From NCBI GenBank assembly GCA_965287045.1, contig OZ336871.1, positions 96,720,001-96,784,000 on the forward strand: a stretch of DNA of 64,000 bases. Direction: 5' to 3'. The first letter of the stretch is position 1, and every line of letters starts with the position of its first letter. The translations under genes were made by a program, and so were the position numbers. The stretch comes from Carcharhinus amblyrhynchos (taxonomy: Eukaryota). Positions 61,289 through 64,000 of this stretch are shown here, piece after piece. The notes below the pieces were generated by a model, which was not told the origin of the DNA, searched no databases, and saw only the letters and a program-made list of their open reading frames with translations.

Positions 61289-63149
61289 TAGAACATAGAA
61301 CATAGAACATTACAGTGCAGAACAGGCCCTTCGGCCCACGATGTTGCGCCGACCAGTTAAAAAAAAAACAACAATGACCCACTAACCTAAACCAATCCCT
61401 TTTCGTCCATAAACCTATCCACAGACCTCTTAAACGCCCCCAAACTAGGCGCATTTACAACTGCAGCAGGCAGGGCATTCCAATCCCTCACCACCCTCTG
61501 GGTAAAGAACCTACCCCTGACATCTGTCCTATAACTACCCCCCCTTAATTTAAAGCCATGCCCCCTCGTGCTAGATTTTTCCATCAGAGGAAAAAGGCTA
61601 TCACTATCCACCCTATCTAAACCTCTAATCATCTTATATGTTTCAATAAGATCCCCTCTTAGCCGCCTTCTTTCCAGCGAAAACAACCCCAAATCCCTCA
61701 GCCTCTCCTCATAGGATCTCCCCTCCATACCAGGCAACATCCTGGTAAACCTCCTCTGCACCCTCTCCAAAGCCTCCACATCCTTCCTGTAATGTGGGGA
61801 CCAGAACTGCACACAATACTCCAAGTGCGGCCGCACCAGAGTTGTGTACAGTTGCAACATAACGCTACGACTCCTAAATTCAATCCCCCTACCAATAAAT
61901 GCCAAGACACTGTATGCCTTCTTAACAACCTTATCTACTTGATTCCCAACTTTCAGGGATCTATGTACACATACACCTAGATCCCTCTGCTCCTCCACAC
62001 TATTCAAAGTCTTCCCGTTAGCCCTATACTCAACACATCTGTTATTCCTACCAAAGTGAATTACCTCACATTTCTCTGCATTAAACTCCATCCGCCACCT
62101 CTCGGCCCAGCTCTGCAACCTGTCTAAGTCTTCCTGCAAACTATGACACCCTTCCTCACTATCTACCACACCTCCGACTTTGGTGTCATCAGCAAATTTA
62201 CTGATCCACCCAACTATACCCTCATCCAGATCATTAATAAAAATCACAAACAGCAGTGGCCCCAACACAGATCCCTGAGGCACACCACTTGTAACCGAAC
62301 TCCATGATGAATATTTACCGTCAACCACTACCCTCTGTCTCCTATCCGCTAGCCAATTCCTAATCCAGTTCCCTAGATCACCCCCAATCCCATACATCTG
62401 CATTTTGTGCAGAAGCCTACCATGGTGAACCTTATCAAACGCCTTACTAAAATCCATATACACCACGTCCACTGCCTTACCCCCATCCACCTCTTTGGTC
62501 ACTTTCTCAAAAAACTCAATAAGGTTAGTAAGGCACGACCTACCCGCCACAAAACCATGCTGACTATCTCCAATCAACTCATTACTCTCCAAATAACTAT
62601 AAATCCTATCCCTAATAATTTTTTCCAAAACCTTGCCCACAACAGAAGTGAGACTCACCGGTCTATAATTCCCGGGGAAGTCTCTGTTCCCCTTCTTAAA
62701 CAATGGGACAACATTCGCTAACCTCCAATCATCTGGTACTATACCAGAGGCCAACGACGACCTGAAGATCAGAGCCAGAGGCTCTGCAATCACTTCTCTT
62801 GCCTCCCAGAGAATCCTGGGGTAAATCCCATCCGGACCAGGGGACTTATCTATTTTCAGACCCTCCAGAATATCCAGCACATCCTCCTTATCAACTGTAA
62901 CACTGTCAATTCTACTCCCCTGCAACCCAGTGTCCTCCTCAGCTATATCCATGTCCCCCTGCGTGAACACCGAAGAGAAATATTGGTTCAATGCTTCACC
63001 AATCTCCTCCGGTTCCACACATAACTTCCCTCTGCCGTCTATAACTGGCCCTAACCTTGCCCTAACCAACCTTCTGTTCTTGACATACCTATAGAACGCC
63101 TTAGGATTCTCCTTAACCCTATCAGCCAAAGTCTTCTCATGTCCTCTCC
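61289..63149 (-). mobile_element. Young 5'-truncated CR1 LINE
   Basis: About 1.76 kb stop-free ORF2 frame plus 3' UTR and (gttctat)n tail. Confidence 0.95.
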
Positions 63150-63201
63150 ATCTTCCAGCCGATATAATTTTACTTTTTATTCTTTCACGGGATGCGGGCA
63201 T
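61387..63201 (-). CDS. CR1 ORF2 reverse transcriptase region (no endonuclease); first ~17 codons from flank
   Basis: 604-aa ORF with ENPKAFYRY, KSPGPDG, NYRPVSLTS, QHGF, MDFSKAFDKV, GVPQGSVLGP and FADD motifs. Expression not shown. Confidence 0.88.
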   Translation of the reverse strand: MPASRERIKSKIISAGRWRGHEKTLADRVKENPKAFYRYVKNRRLVRARLGPVIDGRGKLCVEPEEIGEALNQYFSSVFTQGDMDIAEEDTGLQGSRIDSVTVDKEDVLDILEGLKIDKSPGPDGIYPRILWEAREVIAEPLALIFRSSLASGIVPDDWRLANVVPLFKKGNRDFPGNYRPVSLTSVVGKVLEKIIRDRIYSYLESNELIGDSQHGFVAGRSCLTNLIEFFEKVTKEVDGGKAVDVVYMDFSKAFDKVHHGRLLHKMQMYGIGGDLGNWIRNWLADRRQRVVVDGKYSSWSSVTSGVPQGSVLGPLLFVIFINDLDEGIVGWISKFADDTKVGGVVDSEEGCHSLQEDLDRLQSWAERWRMEFNAEKCEVIHFGRNNRCVEYRANGKTLNSVEEQRDLGVCVHRSLKVGNQVDKVVKKAYSVLAFIGRGIEFRSRSVMLQLYTTLVRPHLEYCVQFWSPHYRKDVEALERVQRRFTRMLPGMEGRSYEERLRDLGLFSLERRRLRGDLIETYKMIRGLDRVDSDSLFPLMEKSSTRGHGFKLRGGSYRTDVRGRFFTQRVVRDWNALPAAVVNAPSLGAFKRSVDRFMDEKGLV

Positions 63202-63575
63202 TTCTGGCTAGGCCTGCATTATTGCTCATCCATAACTGCCAGTGAGAAGGTGATGGTAAGTTGCCTTCTGAACTGCTGCAGTCCATGTGATGTAGGTACA
63301 TCCACAGTGCTATTAGAAAAGGAGTTCCAGAACTTTGACCCAACATCAGTGAAGGAGCAGCGATATTGTTCAAAGCCAGGATGGTCTGTGCCTTGAAGGG
63401 GAACTTGCAGGTGGTAGCATCTGCTGCCTTTGTGTTTCCAGATGGTTGAATGCCAATGGCGATGGTTAGATTCTCTCGATTGAGATGGTCATTGGCTGGC
63501 ACTTGTTTGGTGTGAATGTTCCTTGCCACTTATCAGTCCAAGGCTGGATATTGTCCAAGTCTTGCTGCCTATGGA
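63170..63575 (-). mobile_element. Second-lineage CR1-superfamily 3' fragment with internal deletion
   Basis: QQDLDNIQPWTDKWQGTF..KCQPM; tail aataatgcaggcctagccag..cccgcatcccgtgaaagaataaaaa. Confidence 0.8.
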
Positions 63576-64000
63576 GTATAATTAAGCTCATCCAAAACTC
63601 TGCTGACCACATTCTACCTGGCACCAAGTCACACACGCTTGCTGATTTACACTGGCTGCCAATCTGGCAACACCATGATTTAAAATTTTCATCCAATTTT
63701 ATAATTCCTTCAGAGCTTCATTCCTCACTTTTCAGTCAGTTTCTCCAGCTCCACATACCTCCAAGATATCTGCATTCCTCAAATTCTTCCCCCTTGGGCA
63801 TTTCTGATTTTAATCCCTCCATCAGGAGGAAGTCACGTCTTGAAAACTGACTGGCAGCTTTCCAGTTCCTCCAGATACAGCACTGCAGTGGCCAGGAGAG
63901 GCATTGCAGGAAGCTGCCTGACACAATGTTAAAGGTACTGTGAAATTCCCCTGATTTGGCTACCATTGGTGGCCAAACCTTTAGCTGCCGAGGTCCTAAA

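Larger units (their letters stand above)
60200..64000 (+). mobile_element. Old L2-clade LINE in pieces (60200-60910, 61140-61288, ~63580-64000)
   Basis: cttgtccttctcaatctgtatgcagcttttgat (LVLLNLYAAFD), LIQNSADHIL and LADLHWLPI are L2-type motifs. Confidence 0.7.

Noticed and set aside
67-63966. The many 60-130 aa ORFs in the track as host genes
   Set aside because: Most overlap SINE, LINE or MITE sequence in antisense or alternate frames, or are of chance length without splice signals.

Overview
Repeat-dense vertebrate DNA. The repeat repertoire (HE1/V-SINEs, HER1-type CR1 LINEs, a Deu-domain SINE, Penelope-like elements) points to a shark or other elasmobranch. Most of the window looks like large-intron sequence. 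It holds many CR1 LINE copies of different ages, two of them young and 5'-truncated with uninterrupted reverse-transcriptase ORFs (15522-17133 and 61289-63149). It also has a second CR1-superfamily lineage, L2, RTE and Rex1/Babar fragments, about 16 V-SINE copies with two alternative tails, and PIF/Harbinger-type MITEs. One convincing host coding exon lies on the minus strand (56055-56162, 108 nt, phase 1-1); I could not name the gene. The most notable structures are TSD-flanked, head-to-head palindromic Penelope-derived elements with a minimal hammerhead-ribozyme motif on each strand, two of which share the same architecture. Also notable are a multi-level nested insertion stack (14.1-20.7 kb), an inverted duplication at 42.4-43.3 kb, and oppositely oriented related CR1 copies flanking the exon. 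No CRISPR, rRNA or true tRNA genes were seen. Family names come from recalled motifs, not database searches, and boundaries of decayed repeats are approximate.
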